A stretch of 64,000 bases of DNA from Burkholderiaceae bacterium (GCA_041913045.1 JAYSGB010000009.1:9566-73565); one strand, 5' to 3'. Shown: positions 17,584 through 26,099, numbered from the stretch's first letter. Program-made: numbers and translations. The notes: generated by a model from the letters alone, not told the origin.

Positions 17584-19521
17584 ATGAACAGCCCAAGCAA
17601 CAGCCCCCCGCGGCTGCGAAGCTGGATTCCACCCAGCTTCGCATGGACGACTGCACCTGACGTGTTCTGTATTGATGTGCCGATCACCGATCCTGACGTT
17701 GTCGAATTAATATCAACTGGCTCGCTTGAGGTAACCATCTACGGAACTAAGGCCACAGCGCGAGCATTAGCCCGTCTGCGAAGCGGTACCGGGCTAATGG
17801 GAGAACTGGAGCAAGCGGTTTGGTCTCCTGACAAGCTCAAAACGACCGACTCACGCATTAGCCCCGGTACAAAGGTTATCGCGTATTGCTACGGTGTGTT
17901 TTTGCTGCCTGGCGACAAGACCCTATGCGTGCTGGTGGGCCGATCGAAGCCGTTTGTGCCGGATGCCTGGATATCGCCTACCCTCAAAGCCAGTGCAGAT
18001 GCGCTGCTTCTGGAGCATCGGGCCAAGGTCGCCGAATTCGACGATGCGATCAGTCGTAAGAAGCAGGACAACGAGGACTTCTACGGCCGCAACGGTGACA
18101 TGAAGAAGTTCGAAGGGTTCGCCCAGGCGCAGTTGGCGATGGAGAGCCAGTTTCAGCGCCCGGTTGTGACTGCGGAGCGGCTACGGACTTTCATGCTACG
18201 TGCCGTGAAGTTCCCACAGCCTACTTCGGGTGACACGGAGAAGCTGGCACGTTCAGCAGTTTCCGCGGTCGCCGCATCTGGCTGGCCACCTTCCCGTGAT
18301 GGCAACTACGTCGGCATTCTCCCCGGCACTGCTGGGCGCCGCGCGCAAGGCCTCATCTCATGGGTGCCCCACTCAGGCTTGCCCTCGTACCCGGAAGTCC
18401 GCTGGGCCGTTCAAAGGCGCTTGCCTGCGGCACTGCGCAAGCCGCGTAGGGAGAATATGGGTCGTCCCAACTTCGACACTGGCGCTCAGGCGGTGGTGGA
18501 GTCGGTTCAGGCCCAGAGCTTTGTTCCGGAGGCGAACGACCTCATGGATTCGCTGGGCGATCTGGAGCTCGACCAAATCGATTACCGTGACCGGGTTGAC
18601 GGCGTTCGCAAGGGCTTAAAGGGACAGGGCTTCGAGGCCATTGCCTGGTTCCAGCCCTATCACGTCTGGACCGAGGAAACGTGGGGCATCTACGTCGACG
18701 CCCGAAAGCTGGACGACCTGGCGCTCAGCTTTCTGAACGACTTCAAGCTGGCGCATGTTAGTGGGTCGCACAGCCTCGCTGCGCTGCTGGCCTTTGGCCT
18801 GACCTACGCCCACGAGCTGTTCCACGCTCGGGTGGAGGCCGCACTTTCGTGGCTGGAGATCAACGCCCAGCAGCCGCGACACCTGCGCTACCAGGACCGC
18901 GTCTACCAAGCGCTGCGCGAAACGCCCGACTGGCTTGAAGAGGCGCTGGCCAACTGGTCAGCATGGGACTGGTTTAAAGCACCTGGCATCCAGTCGTTGG
19001 TGGCACGCATGGCGTCGAACATTGAGGGCCTGGACCGGGTCGTCGAAGGAGCTCTCGACCTCGCACCACCTGGGTATCAGGAGTGGCGCCTGGGACATCA
19101 GGCTGCCACATGGCGCACCTTTGCCAACCAGTTAAGCACTGCCAACCCCAAGACCAACGCCACCAGCATCGGCCTGCCGCTTGAAAGCGCGCTGACCGGC
19201 CCGCTGCCGTACGACTTCCAGCCCGCCGACATCCCTTTGCGTTTTGTGGGCCCCGGGGTCATCGCTGACCGTCTCCAGAGCCACCCGGCCACGTTCAACG
19301 TGCCGCCTCGCCGCGAGCTTGAGCGGGCGCTAAGACACTTCCGCCACAGCCTGGACGCATCAGGCGGCAAAGGCGGCCACCAGAAGTGGACGGGGCCGGA
19401 TCAACGTGCCTTCATTCTTCCAACGCGCGACCCGGTGAGCCCGGGCGTCTTCAAAACGTTCCTGCACCACGTGGGCATCGACAAAGCTACCTACGTGCGT
19501 CAAGTTCGACCTAATCTCTGA
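17584..19521 (+). CDS. 645-aa multidomain protein: unknown N-terminal region, HExxH zinc-peptidase-like motif, C-terminal HicA-like domain
   Basis: GGAG lies upstream of the ATG. YAHELFHARVE is followed ~38 aa later by EEALANW, a gluzincin-like spacing. The last ~70 aa (LERALRHFRHSLDASGGKGGHQKWTGPDQRAFILPTRDPVSPGVFKTFLHHVGI) align by eye with the HicA/YcfA toxin pattern. The first ~400 aa match nothing I recognise. Confidence 0.6.
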   Translation: MNSPSNSPPRLRSWIPPSFAWTTAPDVFCIDVPITDPDVVELISTGSLEVTIYGTKATARALARLRSGTGLMGELEQAVWSPDKLKTTDSRISPGTKVIAYCYGVFLLPGDKTLCVLVGRSKPFVPDAWISPTLKASADALLLEHRAKVAEFDDAISRKKQDNEDFYGRNGDMKKFEGFAQAQLAMESQFQRPVVTAERLRTFMLRAVKFPQPTSGDTEKLARSAVSAVAASGWPPSRDGNYVGILPGTAGRRAQGLISWVPHSGLPSYPEVRWAVQRRLPAALRKPRRENMGRPNFDTGAQAVVESVQAQSFVPEANDLMDSLGDLELDQIDYRDRVDGVRKGLKGQGFEAIAWFQPYHVWTEETWGIYVDARKLDDLALSFLNDFKLAHVSGSHSLAALLAFGLTYAHELFHARVEAALSWLEINAQQPRHLRYQDRVYQALRETPDWLEEALANWSAWDWFKAPGIQSLVARMASNIEGLDRVVEGALDLAPPGYQEWRLGHQAATWRTFANQLSTANPKTNATSIGLPLESALTGPLPYDFQPADIPLRFVGPGVIADRLQSHPATFNVPPRRELERALRHFRHSLDASGGKGGHQKWTGPDQRAFILPTRDPVSPGVFKTFLHHVGIDKATYVRQVRPNL

Positions 19522-19742
19522 ACCCTCAAGCTCTCGTTGCTGGGGCGTGGCAAGATTTTCTGAACCTCTGGATGATAAAAGCACAGCGACTCACTCGATG
19601 GGGTAAGCGGCAGACACTAAGATCGTTTCTCGCAGTGGAGCCGATCACGCGGCCATCGTCATTTGCCTTCATTTGTCACCACGCGGAGGGGGGTGTTCCG
19701 GGGGATCGATGGAATGGGCTTTACGGAAAAATAAGACGCGAC

Positions 19743-19816
19743 AAGGGCTTAGAAATCACGCCCATGTACTGCTGCATTCCCCCTGTCCTAGGTTCGAGTC
19801 TCGTTAGCCCATCGCC
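19743..19816 (+). other. degenerate tRNA-like remnant (T-loop GGTTCGAGTC plus acceptor-like pairing)
   Basis: AAGGGCT (19743-19749) can pair with AGCCCAT (19806-19812). GGTTCGAGTC sits at 19791-19800. No convincing D arm or anticodon arm is present. It lies 23 nt from the integrase stop codon. Confidence 0.25.
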
Positions 19817-19838
19817 GGGATTGGCCCAAGAGAACACC

Positions 19839-20948
19839 TCAACGAGCTGGAGCCGCAGAGCGACTCTTGCGGCGATCGTAGACCGTTTTGATCATTTTTT
19901 CACTGCGATGCAGCGTCGCGTCTTGAACGTCCGTATGTCCCGCTGTGAGTTTGTCGGTCACCCCTTTCGGGCGTACATCAAGCAAGCTGAAGCGTTCGAA
20001 GGGAATGCCGCGTGCTTCAGCTTCGACCGCGCAAGCCCGCATCAATCTCCTGAGGGTCGCTTTCCACCCGCCCTTGGTGTAGCGAGTGCCGCTTTGCGTG
20101 CGAAAAATCAAGCCTTCATCCGGGATGCAATTGTGTCCATCTAGTGCCATCACCTGCTGGATGATGTCCTTCATTCTCGGTGTCCAATGAATCGTCACAT
20201 CCCTTTTTTTCTGATTGCGCTTGGTCTTCTTTTCCGTCCAAACCAGACCCTCAGGCTGGACCATCGACCATTTCGCTTCCAGCACTTCGCCGGGCCGCCG
20301 CAGACACAGGTAACCCATGGCCAAAGCCAATGAGGCTCGGAGCAGTTGCCCTCCTTTCTTTGCGCCAACTTCGAGTACCAATTCAAGTTCCTCATCTTTG
20401 ACGTAACGTGTGCTGGGGGAAGTGGGAAGCTTCTCAATGTCGTTAAGGGGATTGCTGTCGATCAGGCCCTTGCGCACAGCGCGCTTGAGGATCAACTGAA
20501 AGAGCTGAATTTCCTTGTTTCCCTTGGGCCCACGTCCCAACTCATCACACTTGTCCAGGTAGGAGTAAGCGTGATGGGGCCGGATGTCGGTGATCAGCAT
20601 TTCACCGAAGACAGTCATCAAAGTCTTCGCTTCGCGCTCGTTTTCTTCAATCGTGGAGTCGGCACGTTTGTTCGGGCTCTTGGCGGGCAGCGCACGTTGC
20701 CACTTGAACCAGTCGGCGGTCAATTGCGACACAGTCTGGATTTCTTCACCGGTCTCCGAATACAAAAGCGCTCGCTTGGTCGCCTCGTTCCGCAGCCGCT
20801 TGATCTGATTCTTGTCGTTGATCGGGCATGACAGTCGAAACGCCCAAGTGCCATCTTTTCGCTTGTAGCCAATGGAGTAGGTTTCCACCCCGCTGCGCTC
20901 ATAGACGCGATGGGGCAGACCATCATGGGTTGCACGCACGCGACTCAT
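19839..20948 (-). CDS. int: tyrosine-type site-specific integrase
   Basis: A 369-aa protein with a C-terminal catalytic region: LCLRRPGEVL (Arg I), LLDVRPKG (box region) and TLHRSEKMIKTVYDRR (His and the Tyr nucleophile). It sits next to the island's right-hand att repeat. Confidence 0.85.
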   Translation of the reverse strand: MSRVRATHDGLPHRVYERSGVETYSIGYKRKDGTWAFRLSCPINDKNQIKRLRNEATKRALLYSETGEEIQTVSQLTADWFKWQRALPAKSPNKRADSTIEENEREAKTLMTVFGEMLITDIRPHHAYSYLDKCDELGRGPKGNKEIQLFQLILKRAVRKGLIDSNPLNDIEKLPTSPSTRYVKDEELELVLEVGAKKGGQLLRASLALAMGYLCLRRPGEVLEAKWSMVQPEGLVWTEKKTKRNQKKRDVTIHWTPRMKDIIQQVMALDGHNCIPDEGLIFRTQSGTRYTKGGWKATLRRLMRACAVEAEARGIPFERFSLLDVRPKGVTDKLTAGHTDVQDATLHRSEKMIKTVYDRRKSRSAAPAR

Positions 20949-21241
20949 TGCAACCTCGCAAACTTATCGAGGGCGTCAAAGCGAGGCTGGCGTGCCGTGG
21001 CTTTCGATGCCTTTTCCTGCATCTTTTGAACGAAGACAAATCGCGCCACGCGCGGGTAAGAACTCTTACCCATCGCATTGGTGTAAGGCCAGTCGTTGGC
21101 GTCCAGCCAGTAGCGTTGTCGGGAGGGCTGCCGGCTGCCCGTGAGAGCGGTCAATTCCTCGCGCGTCAGCAGCAGCGACTGCCCCTCATCCGCAGAGTGC
21201 GGCGGGGTAGAAGCTTTACCAATGTGACCGGAACGAAGCAT
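20945..21241 (-). CDS. DUF4224-like small phage/island protein
   Basis: The LLLTREELTALTGSRQPSRQRYWLDANDWPY pattern is typical of DUF4224 proteins found immediately upstream of integrases. It overlaps the integrase start. Only the last 98 codons of the 372-aa track ORF look credible. Confidence 0.6.
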   Translation of the reverse strand: MLRSGHIGKASTPPHSADEGQSLLLTREELTALTGSRQPSRQRYWLDANDWPYTNAMGKSSYPRVARFVFVQKMQEKASKATARQPRFDALDKFARLQ

Positions 21242-21430
21242 GCAAGTCGTGTGAGTTGCGATGGCTTCGAGTCTCGAGGCGATTTTTGATACGCAGTACC
21301 TCACACCCAATGTCGCGATACAATCTCGTCGTTTTTCTTCCGATTTGAGGGGCGGGAGTTGCTCCTGATGTGTAAGGCTGGCCGCCAGATTTGGGTGGCG
21401 TGAGGACTGGATGGCAAAGGAAGGTGAGGT

Positions 21431-21874
21431 TTGAGCTTCTTCAGAAACACGGAAAGTGAGCGCCGGTGCGCTGAGCGCATGCTTGCTATCCAGCGAGGGT
21501 GGTACCCGATCGATTCCGACGAATTCAGCGTCGATGAAATTGCAGATCGATACCAAGTGCATCGGGATACCGTTTACAAAGGCGTGCGCTCTGGCAGCCC
21601 ACTTTTCCCCAAAGCGACCCGAAAGCGGACAGGTCCCAAAGCCTGGCTGTACTTCTCTTCTGAGGATGTCCGGGATTGCGATCAGAACCGTATTGCCTTC
21701 TACCAAACCACCCCGTCCTGGAAAGTCTTGACCGGGCAAGAGGCCAAGGCTGCGCCCCCGAGGCGGTCGGCTAAAGAAGTCCTGAAGGGGCAGGCAACCC
21801 AGGTCCGAAAAAACGCTGGGAAGATGGGTGCAGCCGGGCCCGAAAAACGCTCCAACGCGGGGGCTCAGAAATGA
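21431..21874 (+). CDS. excisionase-like HTH DNA-binding protein (MerR/HTH_17-like)
   Basis: FSVDEIADRYQVHRDTVYKGVRSG resembles an excisionase-family HTH. The C-terminus is basic. A TTG start follows a strong AAGGAAGGTGAGG, with an alternative ATG at 21479. It lies between the integrase and the att repeat. Confidence 0.45.
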   Translation: MSFFRNTESERRCAERMLAIQRGWYPIDSDEFSVDEIADRYQVHRDTVYKGVRSGSPLFPKATRKRTGPKAWLYFSSEDVRDCDQNRIAFYQTTPSWKVLTGQEAKAAPPRRSAKEVLKGQATQVRKNAGKMGAAGPEKRSNAGAQK

Positions 21875-21880
21875 GTCAAG

Positions 21881-21942
21881 TTTTGGAATATCCCTTTTCG
21901 CTACGAGGGGGATTTGGAGCAAAAAACGGCCATTTTGGAATA
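21881..21942 (+). promoter_or_regulatory. direct repeats TTTTGGAATA x2 (plus ATTTGGA), candidate integrase arm-type sites
   Basis: TTTTGGAATA occurs at 21881-21890 and 21933-21942, and GATTTGGAGC at 21911-21920. All lie just inside the right att core. A related CCATTTTTGGGG occurs at 6172-6183 near the left end. Confidence 0.3.
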
Positions 21943-21981
21943 AGAATCGGCCGCAAACCCGCATGGATACTCGCATGACCC

Positions 21982-22155
21982 CCGGCCTGTCACGCCGGGG
22001 GTCGCGGGTTCGAGCCCCGTCCACTCCGCCATACCTAATTACAAAAAGCCGTTGTAAATCCATGACTTACGACGGCTTTTTCCTTTGCGCGTTACACCGT
22101 TTACGCACCAGTGTTGCTGCCCCGAAGCGGCCTCGAAGAAGTAGCCACGGTGGAG
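21982..22155 (+). repeat. direct repeat B, copy 2 (attR-type: 3'-terminal 50 nt of tRNA-Asp plus flank)
   Basis: See the entry for copy 1. The 5' part of the tRNA is absent here: the preceding sequence GCATGGATACTCGCATGACC is unrelated to the tRNA. Confidence 0.9.
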
Positions 22156-22229
22156 ATACCCTAATTCATAGAGAGAGCATTCGTAGAAGTTTTTGGGGTC
22201 GCTGTGTCTGATTTCTTTGTTCGGCCGCT

Positions 22230-23216
22230 TTAATTTGGGTCGGCCATCGCGGCCCGCACCTGCTGCGCATGTGGCAGCGGCTCCACAGCACCATACCCCT
22301 GCACCGCAAGCGATGCGGCCGCATTGGCCCATCGTGCGGCGCTGAACAGGTCGTCTCCTGCGCAAAGTCGGGCCAGTATGTTCCCTGAGTAACAGTCGCC
22401 CGCCCCGGTGGCATCCACCAGTGTCACCTGGCGGCCGGGCACATGCAGTCGTTCCGCTCCGGTACTCACCAGCGCTCCTTGGGGACCCAACTTCAGCACT
22501 ACCTGAGCCGCTCCGTGGTCATGGCACCATTGAATAATGGCGTCGTGGTCTGTCAGACCGGTAAGCGTGACCATGTCATCCAGACTTGGGAGGAACAGAT
22601 CACAGGTCGCTAGTGCGGCCGACAGGCAGGCCCTGGCCCGGGGCAGAGGCCAAAGCTTTAGACGCAGGTTGGCATCCAGCGACACCCGTGTGCCATGTTG
22701 GCACGCCATCTCGATGGCCGCCATAACCGTGTCACAGGCCGTACTCGAAATAGCCATGGAAATGCCGGAAATGTGCAGCCAGTGACTATGTTGCAGCCGC
22801 TTGGCTACTGAGGGCGTGCTGAGCCAAGCCGGCGTCATGCGGCTGGCCGCCGAGTTAGCGCGTCGGTAGTCAAAGGTGTGTCCTTGCGGACCATGGGTGA
22901 CAAAGTAGAGTCCGGTGTCTTCGCCTTCAGCCAGCGTCACTCCAGCTGTATCTACACCCTCGTTCTACCAAAGTTGCTGCAAGGAGTGGCCAAAAGTGTC
23001 GTTCCCCAATCGGGTGAGATAGGCGCAGCGCGCGCCTGCACGGGCTGCTGCAATGATAGCGTTGCTGGTGTCCCCGCCGAAGCCTTGCAGGAAATCTGGA
23101 CGGCCTGTATGCGTCTGGTTGAATTCGACCATGGCTTCGCCCAGGCTGCAAATGTCGAAGCTGACTGGGCCGAACTCGTTGGAGATGGCGTTATCTGTGA
23201 GGCAGGAGTCGTTCAT
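22230..23216 (-). pseudogene. kdgK: PfkB-family sugar kinase (2-dehydro-3-deoxygluconokinase-like) with an in-frame TAG
   Basis: The two track ORFs (22965-23297 and 22230-22940) are in the same frame, separated by a single amber codon at 22965-22967 (..LQQLW*NEGVDTAGV..). The C-terminus has the PfkB signature DATGAGDCYSG. Confidence 0.75.
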
Positions 23217-23244
23217 ACTAGAGCTTCCTGAATGGGTAACGACG

Positions 23245-23772
23245 ATGCAGGCAACACAAGCGATTTGGTTGGTGATGGGGGTATCGGGTAGCGGCAAAAC
23301 GACGCTGGCTTGTGCACTGGCACAGGCGAGCGATGGTGCCTGGCTCGATGCCGACGATTTTCATCCACTGCGCAATGTCGAGCGGATGCGACAGGGGCAT
23401 CCGCTGTGCGACGAAGATCGCTGGCCCTGGCTGGCCGCTGTCGCTGAGGCAGCCAACCGTTTGCGGCAACGATCGGTGAGGCCCGTATTTGTGGCCTGCT
23501 CCGCCCTTAAGCAGCGCTACAGGGATTTCTTGAGGGACCGTCTGCCCGGTTTGGAGGTTTTGTACCTGGATGGTCAGGAAGCCCTTATTTTCGAGCGGAT
23601 GTCGCGACGGCAAAACCACTACATGTCGGCCGGAATGCTGCGCAGCCAGTTCCTTGATCTGGAGCCTCCTCTCGAGGAGTCTGGGGTGACCGTGCTTGAC
23701 GTCAGTCAAGAACTGGAGGTGTTGGTGGAGGTCGCCCTGGCGCGCGTCGGCGGTCGCCAAGTCGAGGACTGA
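23245..23772 (+). CDS. gntK: gluconokinase (GntK/IdnK family)
   Basis: It has a P-loop (VMGVSGSGKTT). Further motifs are LDADDFHP..N...M..G.PL.D.DR.PWL and SALK..YRD.LR. Confidence 0.85.
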   Translation: MQATQAIWLVMGVSGSGKTTLACALAQASDGAWLDADDFHPLRNVERMRQGHPLCDEDRWPWLAAVAEAANRLRQRSVRPVFVACSALKQRYRDFLRDRLPGLEVLYLDGQEALIFERMSRRQNHYMSAGMLRSQFLDLEPPLEESGVTVLDVSQELEVLVEVALARVGGRQVED

Positions 23773-23776
23773 CCAC

Positions 23777-24421
23777 TCAGCTTCGAACATTCCGCCAAGA
23801 CTCTACGAAGGCCCTTGCCTGTGTTGCCACGGTGGAGACTGAATCGCCAGGTTTGTACAGAGATGAGCCCAGGCCAAAGCCGCAGGCTCCTGCGGCGCGA
23901 TAGGGCTTCAGCAATGAAGGTGTGATGCCCCCCACCATGAGCAGGCGAACTGCTTTGGGCAACACCGCGCACATGGCTTTGATCGTATGGGGCGCCACCA
24001 GCTCGGCAGGGAAAATCTTGAGGGCATGGGCACCTTGACGTAGCGCCGCAAACGCTTCGGTAGGGGTCATGACACCGGGCAGGCTGATCAGCCCTCGAGC
24101 TACAGTGATACTGACCACCTCCTGATCGAAATGGGGTGATATCACAAGCTGACCACCTGCAGATTGGACTTGGCGTACCTCGTCTATATTGGTCACCGTG
24201 CCGGCACCGATAACCGCTTCTGGCAGGTGATGTGCCAGTTTTGCAATGCTCTCTAAAGGCTGAGGTGAATTGAGCGGCACCTCGATCAGGCGAAACCCTG
24301 CCTCGAACAGAGCCGAGCCCACAGGCAGGGCTTCGGCAGGGGATATGCCACGCAATATAGCCACCAAGGGCATTTGTTCTAGAGCTCGCTCAAAGACTGA
24401 GTGAGTGGATGTGGTGTTCAT
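23777..24421 (-). CDS. dgoA: 2-dehydro-3-deoxy-6-phosphogalactonate aldolase
   Basis: PLVAILRGISPAEALPVGSALFEAGFRLIEVPLNSPQPLESI is DgoA-like. The ATGA overlap with the dgoK stop favours the start at 24421. Confidence 0.8.
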   Translation of the reverse strand: MNTTSTHSVFERALEQMPLVAILRGISPAEALPVGSALFEAGFRLIEVPLNSPQPLESIAKLAHHLPEAVIGAGTVTNIDEVRQVQSAGGQLVISPHFDQEVVSITVARGLISLPGVMTPTEAFAALRQGAHALKIFPAELVAPHTIKAMCAVLPKAVRLLMVGGITPSLLKPYRAAGACGFGLGSSLYKPGDSVSTVATQARAFVESWRNVRS

Positions 24422-25308
24422 AGGGACTTGTATAAATGCCACAACGCTTGCCAGCTTGCCTGCCCAGGAGCAACTCGGGCAGGCAGACCAGCCAGGGAAA
24501 GGGCTTGCTGGTAGCGGGAGGTAAGACTATTCGCACCGATAATCCACAAAGGCCCTTCGACCGTGGCGGCCTGTTGGCGTACCTCCTCTCCGATGACCAA
24601 CCCCGACAGGTAGTCGGTCAAGCGTGTGGCTGGTACACACTCAAACAAGGCTAGGGTGCGTGTGCCAAATGCGTTGTGCAACAACCCGCCTCCGGCAAGG
24701 GCTCGGCTCACGCCTTGCTCGAATGCTTCACTATCGGGGTCACCCTCGGTTTGGGGCAATGTGCGCGCCAGCAGCGAATGGTGCCGCAGCAGTTGGTAGA
24801 ACTCACCAGTCATGTAAGTGGAGAAGTGCTGGATGCGACGGTCCCGCACAGTCACCCATTTGCTGTGCGTGCCAGGTAGCACCAGGGTCGCGTCCTGCAG
24901 GCCAAGGGTGAGCAGTGCACCCAGCACCTGCACCTCTTCTCCCCGCATTACGTCTGGTGGTGTAGACCATGTATGCGCCCCAGGATGTGTATTGCAACTC
25001 AGGCCCGGGACGATGGCCAACCGGCCCGGCTTGATCCAGTGCAAGGCCGCAGCCAGATCGTCCCAGCCAGCCGGGCAGGGGCAGTAAGGGGCAACTTGCC
25101 AACCCTGCTGACTGCCCACCATCCCCGACATCAGACACAGTTTTTCCTGCTGCCACCAGTCACCAAAATGGGTTTGGAATACGGCGGGAAACTCCCCAGC
25201 AGGAACGTTCAGTATCCCCAGCGGCGTCTGTTTTTCCTCAAGCACCCGACCGTGGGCATCCAGGCGTGCACCTCGCAATGAACTAGTGCCCCAATCAATA
25301 GCAATCAT
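24418..25308 (-). CDS. dgoK: 2-dehydro-3-deoxygalactonokinase
   Basis: The MIAIDWGTSSLRGARLD N-terminus and overall length fit DgoK. It is adjacent to dgoA. Confidence 0.8.
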   Translation of the reverse strand: MIAIDWGTSSLRGARLDAHGRVLEEKQTPLGILNVPAGEFPAVFQTHFGDWWQQEKLCLMSGMVGSQQGWQVAPYCPCPAGWDDLAAALHWIKPGRLAIVPGLSCNTHPGAHTWSTPPDVMRGEEVQVLGALLTLGLQDATLVLPGTHSKWVTVRDRRIQHFSTYMTGEFYQLLRHHSLLARTLPQTEGDPDSEAFEQGVSRALAGGGLLHNAFGTRTLALFECVPATRLTDYLSGLVIGEEVRQQAATVEGPLWIIGANSLTSRYQQALSLAGLPARVAPGQASWQALWHLYKSL

Positions 25309-25319
25309 GGCCGGGGTCT

Positions 25320-26069
25320 TTAGCCGCGACCCACGTAGGGCATCTTGGTGGCCATTACCGTGGTGAACAGGATGTTGGCCGACAGCGGCAGTCGGGCCAT
25401 GGTCATAAAGGTGTCGACCACCGCCGACATATCCATACGGGCTTCGGGACGAACGCTGCCGTCGGCCTGTGGTACCCCGGCCGCCATGGCGCTCGTCATG
25501 TCGCTGGCCACGTTGCCGATGTCGATCTGGCCCACGGCGATGTCAAAGCGCCGCCCGTCGAGTGCTGCCGCTTTCGTCAGGCCGGTGATGGCGTGCTTGG
25601 TTGCGGTGTAGGGAATGGAGCCTGGCCGAGGTGTGTGCGAGGAAATGGAACCGTTGTTGATGATGCGCCCTCCCTGAGGCTGCTGTTCACGCATCAGGGC
25701 AAAGGCCTGCGACAGGCAGTAGAAGGCGCCGTTGAGGTTGACCGCCACCGAGCGGTGCCAGTCGTCCAGGGTGGTCTGGTCGGGCGGCACCGAGGGAGTG
25801 AAGATACCGGCGTTGTTGAACAGCAGGTCGAGGCGGCCGTGCTCACGCCTGATGTCGGCAAACAGGCGCGTCACAGCAGCCGGGTCGCTCACGTCGGCAG
25901 GTGCCACATGGGCCGCCGCACGGGCGCTCCCAGCGGCGTCGGCCGTGGTGCGCAGGGCGTCTTCACGCCGGCCCACCAGAATCACTTGCCAGCCCTCGGC
26001 CAGCAGGGCCAGAGCGCAGGCGCGGCCAATCCCGCCGCTGGCCCCGGTGACCATTGCAATCTTGCTCAT
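25320..26069 (-). CDS. SDR-family oxidoreductase
   Basis: Has TGASGGIGRA, NNAG and Y...K (YTATKHA) motifs. Confidence 0.85.
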   Translation of the reverse strand: MSKIAMVTGASGGIGRACALALLAEGWQVILVGRREDALRTTADAAGSARAAAHVAPADVSDPAAVTRLFADIRREHGRLDLLFNNAGIFTPSVPPDQTTLDDWHRSVAVNLNGAFYCLSQAFALMREQQPQGGRIINNGSISSHTPRPGSIPYTATKHAITGLTKAAALDGRRFDIAVGQIDIGNVASDMTSAMAAGVPQADGSVRPEARMDMSAVVDTFMTMARLPLSANILFTTVMATKMPYVGRG

Positions 26070-26099
26070 CGTGTCTCCAACCGTATGCGTGAATGTGGG

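Larger units (their letters stand above)
5852..22031. mobile_element. tRNA-Asp-integrated genomic (defence) island, ~16 kb
   Basis: It is flanked by direct repeat B. It has a tyrosine integrase, a DUF4224 gene and an excisionase-like gene at the right end. Its cargo is an IS3 element, Zorya, a WYL operon and unknown genes. The Zorya part is visibly more AT-rich than the surrounding DNA. Confidence 0.8.

Noticed and set aside
17584-19521. Reading the HicA-like C-terminus as part of a classical hicAB toxin-antitoxin pair.
   Set aside because: No HicB-like (RNase H-fold plus HTH/RHH) gene is adjacent. The HicA-like segment is the tail of a 645-aa protein, so a simple type II TA annotation does not fit.
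19572-20144. 190-aa plus-strand ORF.
   Set aside because: It lies antisense to the well-supported integrase gene and has no recognisable motifs.
21242-22063. Upstream 274 codons of the 372-aa minus-strand ORF 20945-22063.
   Set aside because: Only the last 98 codons resemble a DUF4224 protein. The rest runs antisense to the excisionase-like gene and through the att repeat.
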